Origin: an uncultured Gammaproteobacteria bacterium | GTDB taxonomy: Bacteria; Patescibacteriota; Patescibacteriia; Patescibacteriales; GWC2-42-12 | DNA: 64,000 bases | Assembly (NCBI GenBank): GCA_964537265.1 | Contig: CAZHZE010000002.1 | Coordinates: 21,395 to 85,394, forward strand | Direction of reading: 5' to 3' | Part shown: piece by piece, positions 25,818 to 34,833 of the stretch | How positions within the stretch are numbered: position 1 is the stretch's first letter | Layout: each line of letters starts with the position of its first letter | Made by a program: the position numbers and the translations under genes | The notes under the pieces: model-generated | Seen by the model: the letters and a program-made list of their open reading frames with translations, nothing else | Database searches by the model: none | What the model was told of the DNA's origin: nothing

Positions 25818-28292
25818 ATGGCTAGACGCAGAAGAAAATTTAACTCATTGGATTATATAAAATTACCTAAAGTCGATATAGACCCTGAAATGAAAAGGGG
25901 TATTTTTATTATTCTTATTTTAGCCTTTGGCGCGATTAGTTTTTTAAGCCTGTTTGGTTTAGCTGAAGGTTTAGGCAAATACTTAGAGCAAGGTATTATA
26001 TTTTTATTTGGTTGGGGTAAATGGTTATTTCCTTTAACTGTTATGGCGCTTGGCTTTTTAATGTATAATCGGGATAAAGATTGGTTTAGAGGAGCAAATT
26101 ATTTAGGTTTATTTATTTTTCTTTTATCTTTTAGCGCTTTTTTACATATTTTAGTCGGGCAGGATAATTGGCAGTCGGCGATAGAACAGGGCGCAGGCGG
26201 TGGTTATATTGGTTACGGCATTCTTAATATTTTTAATAAAATCATGGGTTTTTGGGCTAGTTTGATTGTTGTAGTATGTCTGATTTTAATTTCGTTAATG
26301 CTTATGCTTAACGCCACTTTAGAATCTTTAATCGGCAGAGAAAGTTGGTTTATTAAAATGTTTTATCCAATTAATTTTATCTATAATAAAATTTTTAATA
26401 GAAATAGAAATCAGGAGTTTGAAGATGAATCTGAATTTGACGAGCCTGAGCCAGAAGAAGAGGAAGAAGAAATTATAGAAAGTGAAGATGACGTGCAAGC
26501 TATAAGCGAAGTTCCAGAATTTTTTAAACATAAAGTTAAAAATACTGCTGATGAAAGTGAAGATAAAATCAAAGAAGATAAAACAGCAGCTAAAGGCAGC
26601 GGTTGGAAACAAACTCATGTACAAATTGATTTACCTATAGATTTGTTAAATGCTAAAATTGGCAAACCGACTTCTGGGGATATTAAAAATAACATGATGA
26701 TTATTCAACGCACTTTAGAAAACTTTGGCATTCCGGTAGAAATGGGAGAGGTTAATGTAGGGCCAACCGTAACTCAATATACTTTAAAACCGGCCGAGGG
26801 TATAAAATTAACTAAAATTACTACTTTAAGTAATGATTTAGCCTTGTCTTTAGCCGCTCATCCAATCAGAATTGAAGCGCCAATTCCGGGTAAATCTTTA
26901 GTGGGCGTTGAAGTGCCTAATCAGACTAAGGCGATTGTCGGTTTAAGAGAAGTTTTATCCGGAGATTTATTTAAAAATAGGAAAAACAACGTTATGGTTG
27001 CTTTAGGTAAGGATGTGGCCGGTAAAGTTTGGTTAGACGATTTATCAAAAATGCCTCATTTGCTCGTAGCTGGTGCAACTAATTCCGGCAAATCAGTTTG
27101 TTTAAATGCCATTATTATAAGTTTACTTTATCAAAATAATCCGGATGATTTACGTTTTATTATGGTTGATCCTAAGCGAGTTGAATTACCGGTTTATAAC
27201 GGCATACCTCATCTTTTAACGCCGGTTATTACTGAAGTTGGAAAAACTATCAATGCTTTAAAATGGTGTTTAAATGAGATGGATCGCCGTTTTGAAATTT
27301 TAGCTAAATCAGGGAAAAGAAATATTGCGAGTTATAATGAAATAGGTAAAGAAAAAATGCCATATATTATTTTTATTATTGATGAATTAGCCGATTTAAT
27401 GGTTGCGGCCGGGCGAGACGTGGAAGCTAGTATTATAAGATTAGCGCAGATGGCGCGAGCCGTAGGTATACATTTGATTTTAGCCACACAAAGACCAAGC
27501 GTTGATGTTATTACTGGGTTAATTAAAGCTAATATGCCAGCGCGCATTGCATTTTCCGTGGCTTCGGGCATTGATTCGCGCACTATTTTAGATGCATTAG
27601 GCGCGGAAAAATTATTAGGCCGGGGCGATATGTTGTTTACTACGGCGGAAATTTCTAAGCCAAGAAGATTACAAGGCGCTTTTGTCAGTGATAATGAAAT
27701 TAAAAGAATTGTAAATTATATTAAAGATCGTTCTAATGAACCGCAATACATCGAAGGTATAACCGATCATCAAAAAGTTAAAGGTATCGCCGGCGTTGGT
27801 TTAGCTGGAAGCGGCGAAGATTCGGATGAATTATTTGAGGAAGCTAAAGAATTAATTATTAATTCAGGTAAAGCCTCGGCGTCATATTTGCAGCGTCGTC
27901 TAAGCATCGGTTATGCACGTGCGGCCCGACTTTTAGATTTATTAGAAGAGGCCGGCGTTATAAGCGCTGGCAATGGCGCTAAACCAAGAGAAATCTTGAT
28001 AACCCGTGAGCAGTATGATAATATGATAAACCAAGGAATTAGCGGAGTAAATTTGCATAAACGCGAAGAATCAGTAGCGCCAGATGAATATTTGCCGGAT
28101 GAAGAAGAGGTAGAAGAAGTCTCGGAAGATGAAGTTGATTTAGAAGAAGAAAGCATCGAAGAAGAATCATCTTCACAACAAGATGTTGACGAAGAAGCTG
28201 ATGATGAGGCAGCAGAATTAATGGATGATCCGGCAAAAAATTCCAGCGGCGTAAAATCGCAGGATGACGAAGGAAAATATTTTTCAAGATAA
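25818..28292 (+). CDS. ftsK: DNA translocase FtsK/SpoIIIE
   Basis: 824 aa. N-terminal TM helices, acidic linker, Walker A GATNSGKS, gamma domain SASYLQRRLSIGYARAARLLD, then a long acidic C-tail. Confidence 0.93.
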   Translation: MARRRRKFNSLDYIKLPKVDIDPEMKRGIFIILILAFGAISFLSLFGLAEGLGKYLEQGIIFLFGWGKWLFPLTVMALGFLMYNRDKDWFRGANYLGLFIFLLSFSAFLHILVGQDNWQSAIEQGAGGGYIGYGILNIFNKIMGFWASLIVVVCLILISLMLMLNATLESLIGRESWFIKMFYPINFIYNKIFNRNRNQEFEDESEFDEPEPEEEEEEIIESEDDVQAISEVPEFFKHKVKNTADESEDKIKEDKTAAKGSGWKQTHVQIDLPIDLLNAKIGKPTSGDIKNNMMIIQRTLENFGIPVEMGEVNVGPTVTQYTLKPAEGIKLTKITTLSNDLALSLAAHPIRIEAPIPGKSLVGVEVPNQTKAIVGLREVLSGDLFKNRKNNVMVALGKDVAGKVWLDDLSKMPHLLVAGATNSGKSVCLNAIIISLLYQNNPDDLRFIMVDPKRVELPVYNGIPHLLTPVITEVGKTINALKWCLNEMDRRFEILAKSGKRNIASYNEIGKEKMPYIIFIIDELADLMVAAGRDVEASIIRLAQMARAVGIHLILATQRPSVDVITGLIKANMPARIAFSVASGIDSRTILDALGAEKLLGRGDMLFTTAEISKPRRLQGAFVSDNEIKRIVNYIKDRSNEPQYIEGITDHQKVKGIAGVGLAGSGEDSDELFEEAKELIINSGKASASYLQRRLSIGYARAARLLDLLEEAGVISAGNGAKPREILITREQYDNMINQGISGVNLHKREESVAPDEYLPDEEEVEEVSEDEVDLEEESIEEESSSQQDVDEEADDEAAELMDDPAKNSSGVKSQDDEGKYFSR

Positions 28293-28310
28293 AAATTAAA
28301 AAATAAATTT

Positions 28311-28955
28311 ATGTATATAACTTGGTTAGGACAATCATGTTTTAAATTACAAGACAAAACCGGCTCAGACGGAATAATTTTAGTTACTGATCCATATAAT
28401 GATGCAGGAGGTTTAAAAATGCCGCATTTTGAAGCTGATATCGTGACGGTTTCTCATAATCATGCTGATCACAATAATACCGGCGCTTTGCGTGGCAACC
28501 CTTTTTTAATAAATATGGCTGGTGAATATGAAATTAAAAATGTTTTTGTTGAGGGCGTAGAATCGTGGCATGATGAAAAAAATGGTGATGAAAAAGGCGG
28601 TAATATTATTTATCGGATTGAAATGGAAGATATATCAATTACTCATCTGGGCGACTTAGGCCATGTTTTAGACGCTAAGCAGTTAGAAAAATTAGAAGGC
28701 ACAGACATATTATTAATCCCGGTTGGAGGTAAATATACAATTAATGCTGCTAAGGCAGTTGAAGTTATTTCCCAGATTGAACCGCGCATTGTTATCCCAA
28801 TGCACTATAAAATACCGGGCTTAAAAATAGATATTGACGGTTTAGAAAAATTTGTAAAAGAATTAGGAATTAAGCCAAGAAACGAAGAAAAATTAAAAAT
28901 TACTAAAAAAGATTTGCCGCAGGAAGATATGGAATTAGTAGTGTTGAGCGTATAA
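28311..28955 (+). CDS. metallo-beta-lactamase-fold hydrolase (UPF0173-like)
   Basis: 214 aa. MYITWLGQSCFKLQ.., SHNHADH. Confidence 0.8.
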   Translation: MYITWLGQSCFKLQDKTGSDGIILVTDPYNDAGGLKMPHFEADIVTVSHNHADHNNTGALRGNPFLINMAGEYEIKNVFVEGVESWHDEKNGDEKGGNIIYRIEMEDISITHLGDLGHVLDAKQLEKLEGTDILLIPVGGKYTINAAKAVEVISQIEPRIVIPMHYKIPGLKIDIDGLEKFVKELGIKPRNEEKLKITKKDLPQEDMELVVLSV

Positions 28956-29155
28956 AATTATTTTTTAAAATTTTAAAACATAAAACTCCGTTTAAGCGGA
29001 GTTTTATAGTATCAAATTTATTTAATATTAGCCATAAAAATGTATTTTATAAGACATTATTTTTTGTGGTAAAAAGTGTTTACTTTTTAAAATTTTTTTG
29101 TTATAATTTAAGTAGTTTTAAACTCTTTTAAAGAGTAATTTTTAAGTATTATTTT

Positions 29156-29620
29156 ATGGTAAAAGGGGGGCGAAAAAAATTAAAAGTCAATATAAAAAAC
29201 GATAAGAAAAGTAATAAAAAAACCAGTGAAGAGATTTTAGAAAAAAGAACTAATGAAGATATAGAAATGGAAAAAATAGTTTTTATGCGGATTGGCGTAG
29301 CTTGTTTTATGGTTATTTTTTTTATTGTTTGGATTTTTAATTTAAAATATCAGTTTAAAATTAATTCTAATAATATCAGCAAAAATTCTTTCGATTGGCA
29401 GCAAACCAGAACTGAATTGGATAAAACTTTTAAACAAATTAAAGATGGTATGGCACAAATTAAAGAAACGCAAACGGTTGCACAGAATTCTGCTGCTAGC
29501 GAAACAACCTTAACTAATAAACAGATAGATTCGTTAAAAATAAAGTTAATGAATGAAGTTGTGGCTACAAGTACGATAGCTAGCACAACGGCTACAAGTA
29601 CGATAATTAATATTAAATAA
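29156..29620 (+). CDS. membrane-anchored hypothetical protein
   Basis: 154 aa. Basic N-terminus, one TM helix, Thr/Ser-rich C-terminus. Confidence 0.55.
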   Translation: MVKGGRKKLKVNIKNDKKSNKKTSEEILEKRTNEDIEMEKIVFMRIGVACFMVIFFIVWIFNLKYQFKINSNNISKNSFDWQQTRTELDKTFKQIKDGMAQIKETQTVAQNSAASETTLTNKQIDSLKIKLMNEVVATSTIASTTATSTIINIK

Positions 29621-29632
29621 AAATTTTTATAT

Positions 29633-32368
29633 ATGCCTAAAAAAATATTAAAGTCCTCTTCCACTAAAGCTATGAAGGCCAAGAAGAAAAAAATTAGCTC
29701 ACTTCGCCAGCCAGTCTCACCGAGCCTAAATAAAAAAAGCGAGGTAAAAAAACAACCAGCTAAAAAATTTGAAATTCAAAAATCTAAACTAAAAAAAGAT
29801 ATAGAAATTGAACAAACGGAAAAAAAAGTTGAAGTTGCTTCCGAGGCGATTGAACAACAGGAAGGAAAAAATGGCGTTGGATCAATTGCTAATTTAACGG
29901 TGGTAAAAAAAGAAAAAACTGAATATGGCATAGTAGAGCCGCAGCCGATTAACGATGAAATGCGTAAGTCATATTTGGATTATGCTATGAGCGTAATCGT
30001 TTCTCGAGCTTTACCTGATGTGCGCGATGGTCTTAAACCTGTCCATAGAAGAATTTTATATGCCATGTGGAACATCGGCTTAAGATCAGGAGCAAAATTT
30101 AGAAAATCAGCTACAGTAGTCGGAGAAGTTTTAGGTAAATATCACCCTCATGGCGATAGCGCAGTTTACGATTCCATGGTGAGAATGGCCCAAGATTTTT
30201 CTATGCGTTATACTTTGGTCCGTGGCCAGGGAAATTTTGGCTCTATGGATGGAGATAGCGCCGCGGCTATGCGTTATACTGAGGCTAAATTATCTTCTAT
30301 TTCTGAGGAATTATTATTTGATATTGAAAAAAATACTGTTGATTTTATTCCTAATTTTGATGGCTCACATCAGGAACCTCGCGTTCTGCCGGCTAAACTT
30401 CCTAATTTACTTTTAAACGGAACAATGGGCATAGCCGTGGGCATGGCTACTAATATTCCGCCGCATAATTTAAAAGAATTAGCCGATGCCATAATTTATT
30501 TGATTGGCAAGCCAGATGCTACGGTTGAAGATTTAATGCAGTTTGTTAAAGGTCCTGATTTTCCGACTGGCGGCGTGATTTATAATCAAAAAGATATTTT
30601 ACAGGCCTATGCCACGGGTAAAGGAGGCATTGTTATGCGCGGCGTGGCTGAAGTTGTAGAAAGTAAAAATGGCACATTTCAAATAGTTATTTCCGAAATA
30701 CCTTACCAAGTTAACAAAGCGGCTTTGGTTGAAAAAATTGCTGAGTTAGTAAAAGATAAAAAAATAGAGGGCATAAAAGATTTGCGCGATGAATCAGATA
30801 AAGATGGAGTGCGCGTTGTAGTTGATTTAAAAAAAGATGCCTATCCTAAAAAGATTTTAAACAGTTTGTTTAAAATGACTCAACTACAGGAAACTTTTCA
30901 TGTTAACATGCTAGCTTTAGTTGATGGCATTCAGCCTAAAGTTTTAACTTTAAAGATGGTTTTAGAAGAATATATCAAACATCGCATAGAAGTAGTGAAA
31001 CGCCGCACTCAATTTGATTTAGATAAAGCTAAAGAGCGCGCTCATATTTTAGAAGGTTTAATGATCGCTTTAAACAATATTGACGCGGTTATTAAAGTAA
31101 TAAAAGCTTCAAAAGATAAAGAAGTAGCCAAAGTTAATTTAATTAAGAAGTTTAAATTATCTGAACGGCAAGCCTTAGCTATTTTGGATATGAAATTATC
31201 CACTTTAGCTAATTTAGAAAGATTAAAAATTGAAAATGAATTAAAAGATAAGCGCGCTCTTATAAAAGAACTAGACGCTATTTTAAAATCAGCAGTTAAA
31301 ATAAAAGATATTATTAAGAAAGAAACAAAAGACTTAACAGAAAAATTTGGTGATGATAGAAAAACTAAAGTTTTAGCGCATGGCGTTAAAGAATTTTCGG
31401 TTGAAGATTTAGTTCCTAATGAAGACGCAGTGGTTATGATGACGCGCGATGGCTATATTAAACGTACGGCCCCGGATACTTTTAAGGTGCAGGGACGTGG
31501 CGGCAAAGGCGTTATAGGGTTAACCACCAAAGAGGAAGATATGGTTGATTTTATGTTTACCACTCTAACTCATAATGATTTATTATTTTTTACTACTAAA
31601 GGTAGAGTTTTTCAGCTTAAGGCCTATGAAATTCCCCAAGCCACTAGGACGGCCAAAGGTACGCCGATAGTTAATTTTTTGCAATTGGCGGGAGGAGAGA
31701 AAGTCACTTCAATTTTGCCTTTAGACAAATTATCTAAAAATAAATATTTATTTTTTGCTACCGAAAAAGGCTTAGTCAAGAAAGTTGAAATAAACGCTTT
31801 TTCAAACGTTAGGCGTTCAGGTTTAATTGCTATTAAAATAAAAGAAGATGATTCTCTTATTTGGGCTAAGCCAACTGACGGCGATGATCATATTGAATTA
31901 GTTACGGCTCAAGGCCAGGCGATTAGATTTAAAGAAAAAGATGTTCGCGATATGGGGCGCAATGCTGCCGGCGTTCGCGGAATTAGATTAAAAAAGAAAG
32001 AAGATACAGTCGTCGGTATGGGTATTATTAAAAATGATAAAGAAAAAATGAAAAAGTTTCAGTTATTAGCCATTTCGGAAAATGGTTTTGGCAAACGCAC
32101 CCCGATTAATTTATATAAAGTTCAAGGCCGGGGTGGGTCAGGAATCAAAACTGCTAAAGTAACTTCTAAAACAGGTAAAATAATTAACGCTTTTGTTGTT
32201 AATGCTGAAGTTATGGCTGAAAAGGATTTGGTTATTATTTCAGAAAAAGGCCAAGTTATAAGATTAAAATTTAAGACAGTCAATCAATTGGGTCGCGATA
32301 CTCAAGGAGTAAGGTTGATGAGATTTAAAGAAAGTTCTGATAAAGTCGCTTGCGTTACTTGGGTCTAA
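29633..32368 (+). CDS. gyrA: DNA gyrase subunit A (with ~100-aa Lys-rich N-terminal extension)
   Basis: 911 aa. [27 protein letters not shown], active-site region AAMRYTEA, C-terminal beta-pinwheel repeats. Confidence 0.95.
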   Translation: MPKKILKSSSTKAMKAKKKKISSLRQPVSPSLNKKSEVKKQPAKKFEIQKSKLKKDIEIEQTEKKVEVASEAIEQQEGKNGVGSIANLTVVKKEKTEYGIVEPQPINDEMRKSYLDYAMSVIVSRALPDVRDGLKPVHRRILYAMWNIGLRSGAKFRKSATVVGEVLGKYHPHGDSAVYDSMVRMAQDFSMRYTLVRGQGNFGSMDGDSAAAMRYTEAKLSSISEELLFDIEKNTVDFIPNFDGSHQEPRVLPAKLPNLLLNGTMGIAVGMATNIPPHNLKELADAIIYLIGKPDATVEDLMQFVKGPDFPTGGVIYNQKDILQAYATGKGGIVMRGVAEVVESKNGTFQIVISEIPYQVNKAALVEKIAELVKDKKIEGIKDLRDESDKDGVRVVVDLKKDAYPKKILNSLFKMTQLQETFHVNMLALVDGIQPKVLTLKMVLEEYIKHRIEVVKRRTQFDLDKAKERAHILEGLMIALNNIDAVIKVIKASKDKEVAKVNLIKKFKLSERQALAILDMKLSTLANLERLKIENELKDKRALIKELDAILKSAVKIKDIIKKETKDLTEKFGDDRKTKVLAHGVKEFSVEDLVPNEDAVVMMTRDGYIKRTAPDTFKVQGRGGKGVIGLTTKEEDMVDFMFTTLTHNDLLFFTTKGRVFQLKAYEIPQATRTAKGTPIVNFLQLAGGEKVTSILPLDKLSKNKYLFFATEKGLVKKVEINAFSNVRRSGLIAIKIKEDDSLIWAKPTDGDDHIELVTAQGQAIRFKEKDVRDMGRNAAGVRGIRLKKKEDTVVGMGIIKNDKEKMKKFQLLAISENGFGKRTPINLYKVQGRGGSGIKTAKVTSKTGKIINAFVVNAEVMAEKDLVIISEKGQVIRLKFKTVNQLGRDTQGVRLMRFKESSDKVACVTWV

Positions 32369-32414
32369 AATTTAAAGATAAATTTATTCTATTTATAATT
32401 TAACCCTTAATTAT

Positions 32415-33221
32415 ATGAAGAAAATTTTAATTGTGGAAGACGAACAATTTTTATCTGACATGTACAAAATGAAATTTGAACACGAGGGTTATAAAGCGGT
32501 GGTGGCTAAAGACGGACCGGAGGGTTTAGAATTAGCAAAAAAAGAAAAACCAGATTTAGTGCTTTTAGATTTGGTTTTGCCCGGCATGGATGGTTTTAAG
32601 GTTTTGTCAGAATTAAAAAAAGACTCAGCTACTAAAGGCATAAAAGTATTTATTTTTTCCAATCTCGGCCAGAATAGTGAAATAGAAAAAGGGGAAAAAA
32701 CAGGCGCTGACGGGTATTTTATAAAAGCTAATATGACGCCTAGTCAATTAATGGAAAAGATAAATGGCCTTTTTAATGATAAAAAGGAAATTAAAAAGGA
32801 TAAAAGTACACAGGTTAAAAAAGAAGATGATTATAAAATAGTTGAGAAAAAATCCGCTAGAATTTTATTAATTGAAGATGAGGAAGCGATTATAAATATG
32901 TATCAATTACGTTTTGAAAAAGAAGGTTTACAAATTGAAGTAGCACGCAATGGCGCCTGGGGTCTAAAATTGGCTAAGCAAAAAAAATTTGATGTTATAC
33001 TTTTAGATATGGTTATGCCGGCCATGAATGGCTATGAAGCGATTAAAATTTTAAAGTCTGATGAAAATACTAAAAATTTACCAGTTATAATTTTATCTAA
33101 TAGCGCGCAAGATGGGGACATTAAAAAAGCTAAAAAATTAGGCGCCGCCAACTACTTGTTAAAATCCATGATTACGCCGGCGAAATTAGTCGAGGAAGTT
33201 AAAAAATACTTAATTCTTTAA
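32415..33221 (+). CDS. tandem response-regulator receiver (REC-REC) protein, no output domain
   Basis: 268 aa. Two CheY-like modules (ILIVEDE..LLDLVLPGMDG and LLIEDEE..LLDMVMPAMNG). Confidence 0.85.
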   Translation: MKKILIVEDEQFLSDMYKMKFEHEGYKAVVAKDGPEGLELAKKEKPDLVLLDLVLPGMDGFKVLSELKKDSATKGIKVFIFSNLGQNSEIEKGEKTGADGYFIKANMTPSQLMEKINGLFNDKKEIKKDKSTQVKKEDDYKIVEKKSARILLIEDEEAIINMYQLRFEKEGLQIEVARNGAWGLKLAKQKKFDVILLDMVMPAMNGYEAIKILKSDENTKNLPVIILSNSAQDGDIKKAKKLGAANYLLKSMITPAKLVEEVKKYLIL

Positions 33222-33294
33222 AAATCTTTTTAGAAGGGGTTTTTAATATCCGCCAGCTGGGGAATTAAAAAATATAATATATCAAATAAAAATT

Positions 33295-33471
33295 ATGTCT
33301 GTAAAAATAAATAAGGATTTATGCATCGGTTGCGGAACTTGCGAAGCTTTATGCCCAGCAGTTTTTAAATTAACCGAAGAAGGTAAAGCTAGTGTCATTA
33401 ACGAGGAACAAGCGCCATGCGCTAAAAATGCGGCAGAAAGCTGCCCGACGCAAGCGATAGAAGTAAAATAG
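33295..33471 (+). CDS. small single-cluster ferredoxin (58 aa)
   Basis: Not in the track (<60 aa). Sequence MSVKINKDLCIGCGTCEALCPAVFKLTEEGKASVINEEQAPCAKNAAESCPTQAIEVK*. CxxCxxC...CP motif. A terminator follows. Confidence 0.8.
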   Translation: MSVKINKDLCIGCGTCEALCPAVFKLTEEGKASVINEEQAPCAKNAAESCPTQAIEVK

Positions 33472-33481
33472 TATTAAAGAA

Positions 33482-33508
33482 AACAACCCTGGATAGGGTT
33501 GTTTTTTA
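33482..33508 (+). terminator. intrinsic terminator after ferredoxin
   Basis: AACAACCCT-GGAT-AGGGTTGTT followed by TTTTT. Confidence 0.85.
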
Positions 33509-33540
33509 TTACTTAAGATGATATATTATAATAAATTTTT

Positions 33541-34809
33541 ATGAATTTATATGATATAAAAAAATTAAATATTCCGTCATCGCCTGGTAGCTACCAATTT
33601 TATAATAGCAAAGGTGAAATTATTTATATTGGCAAAGCGGCTAATTTAAAAAGCCGCGTTTTATCTTATTGGCAAAAAAGTGCGAATCATACGCCAGCTA
33701 AAAATAAAATGCTTAAGGAAATAAAAAAAATAAAATTAATTAAAACTGATAGTGAAATAGAGGCTTTGCTTTTGGAAGCTAATCTTATAAAAAAATATCA
33801 GCCATATTACAATGTTCTGTTGCGCGATGACAAAAGATTTTTGTATATTAAAATTTCTTTAGCTGACGAAATCCCCGGAGTTTTTTTAACTAGGACCGTT
33901 GATAAATCAGGAAAGTATTTTGGGCCGTTTACTAGCTCGCAGGCAGCCAAAGAAACTATTCGCGCACTTAGAAAAATTTTTCCTTACTGTAATATGAAAA
34001 AAATGCAGAAACGCCCTTGTTTTTATTATCAAGTTGGCCGTTGTTTGGGAGTTTGCGCTAATAAAATTAACCGGCAAGAATATTTAAAATTAGTAATTAA
34101 GCCGCTTATATTACTTCTAGAAGGAAAAAAGAAAAATGTAGTTAAAAATTTAGAAACAAGAATTAAAAAAATAGAAAAAAGTCATTGCGAAAATGAAGAA
34201 TTGATAAAATTAAAGTATGAACTTAAAAACATTAAGTATGTTTTAGAAAATTCCAGAGTATTGAGCGTGGGAGAAAAATATGCCAATGATGTATTGGAAT
34301 TAACAAAAATTTTAAATTTGCCAAAAATTCCTAAAAGAATAGAAGGTTATGACATAGCTAATATTTTTGGTAAAAACGCCGTTGGGTCAATGGTAGTATT
34401 TAGTGATGGTGAAGTTGATAAAAATCAGTATAGAAAATTTAAAATTAAAGTCGGGCAAGGCCAAGCTAATGATGTTGGTATGTTAAAAGAAATTTTAGAA
34501 AGAAGGTTTAATAATGATTGGCTATTGCCGGATTTAATAATTGTCGATGGTGGCAAGGCGCAATTAAATGCGGCTGGGCAAGTTATAAAAAAAAGAGGGT
34601 TAACAATTCCTCTTATTGCTATTTCCAAAGGAGAGGGTTTAAGATCTGCTTTAGCGGCTGATAAATTATTTTTTCCCGGGGAAAAGAAACCCCTGGTATT
34701 GCCTTTAGCTTCGCCAGCTTTACATTTAATTAAACGAGTACGTGATGAAGCGCACAGATTTGCTATTGGTTATCATAAAAAATTAAGAAGTCGTAGTTTT
34801 ATAAAATAA
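33541..34809 (+). CDS. uvrC: excinuclease ABC subunit C (short form, no C-terminal HhH2 region)
   Basis: 422 aa. GIY-YIG (YQFYNSKGEIIYIGKAANLKSRV), Cys-rich region, C-terminal endonuclease domain (IEGYDIAN..DGGKAQL). Confidence 0.88.
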   Translation: MNLYDIKKLNIPSSPGSYQFYNSKGEIIYIGKAANLKSRVLSYWQKSANHTPAKNKMLKEIKKIKLIKTDSEIEALLLEANLIKKYQPYYNVLLRDDKRFLYIKISLADEIPGVFLTRTVDKSGKYFGPFTSSQAAKETIRALRKIFPYCNMKKMQKRPCFYYQVGRCLGVCANKINRQEYLKLVIKPLILLLEGKKKNVVKNLETRIKKIEKSHCENEELIKLKYELKNIKYVLENSRVLSVGEKYANDVLELTKILNLPKIPKRIEGYDIANIFGKNAVGSMVVFSDGEVDKNQYRKFKIKVGQGQANDVGMLKEILERRFNNDWLLPDLIIVDGGKAQLNAAGQVIKKRGLTIPLIAISKGEGLRSALAADKLFFPGEKKPLVLPLASPALHLIKRVRDEAHRFAIGYHKKLRSRSFIK

Positions 34810-34833
34810 AAACATGATTGATAAAGAATTTAT

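Noticed and set aside
1461-28357. Other short antisense or alternate-frame track ORFs. These include 1461-1649, 2198-2404, 2579-2809, 5145-5366, 8031-8246, 10801-10989, 11598-11798, 13825-14088, 14952-15188, 15521-15852, 19219-19500, 22686-23051, 24765-24959, 26328-26624, 27332-27583, 27911-28357.
   Set aside because: Each is nested within or opposite to a longer ORF that has clear family motifs.
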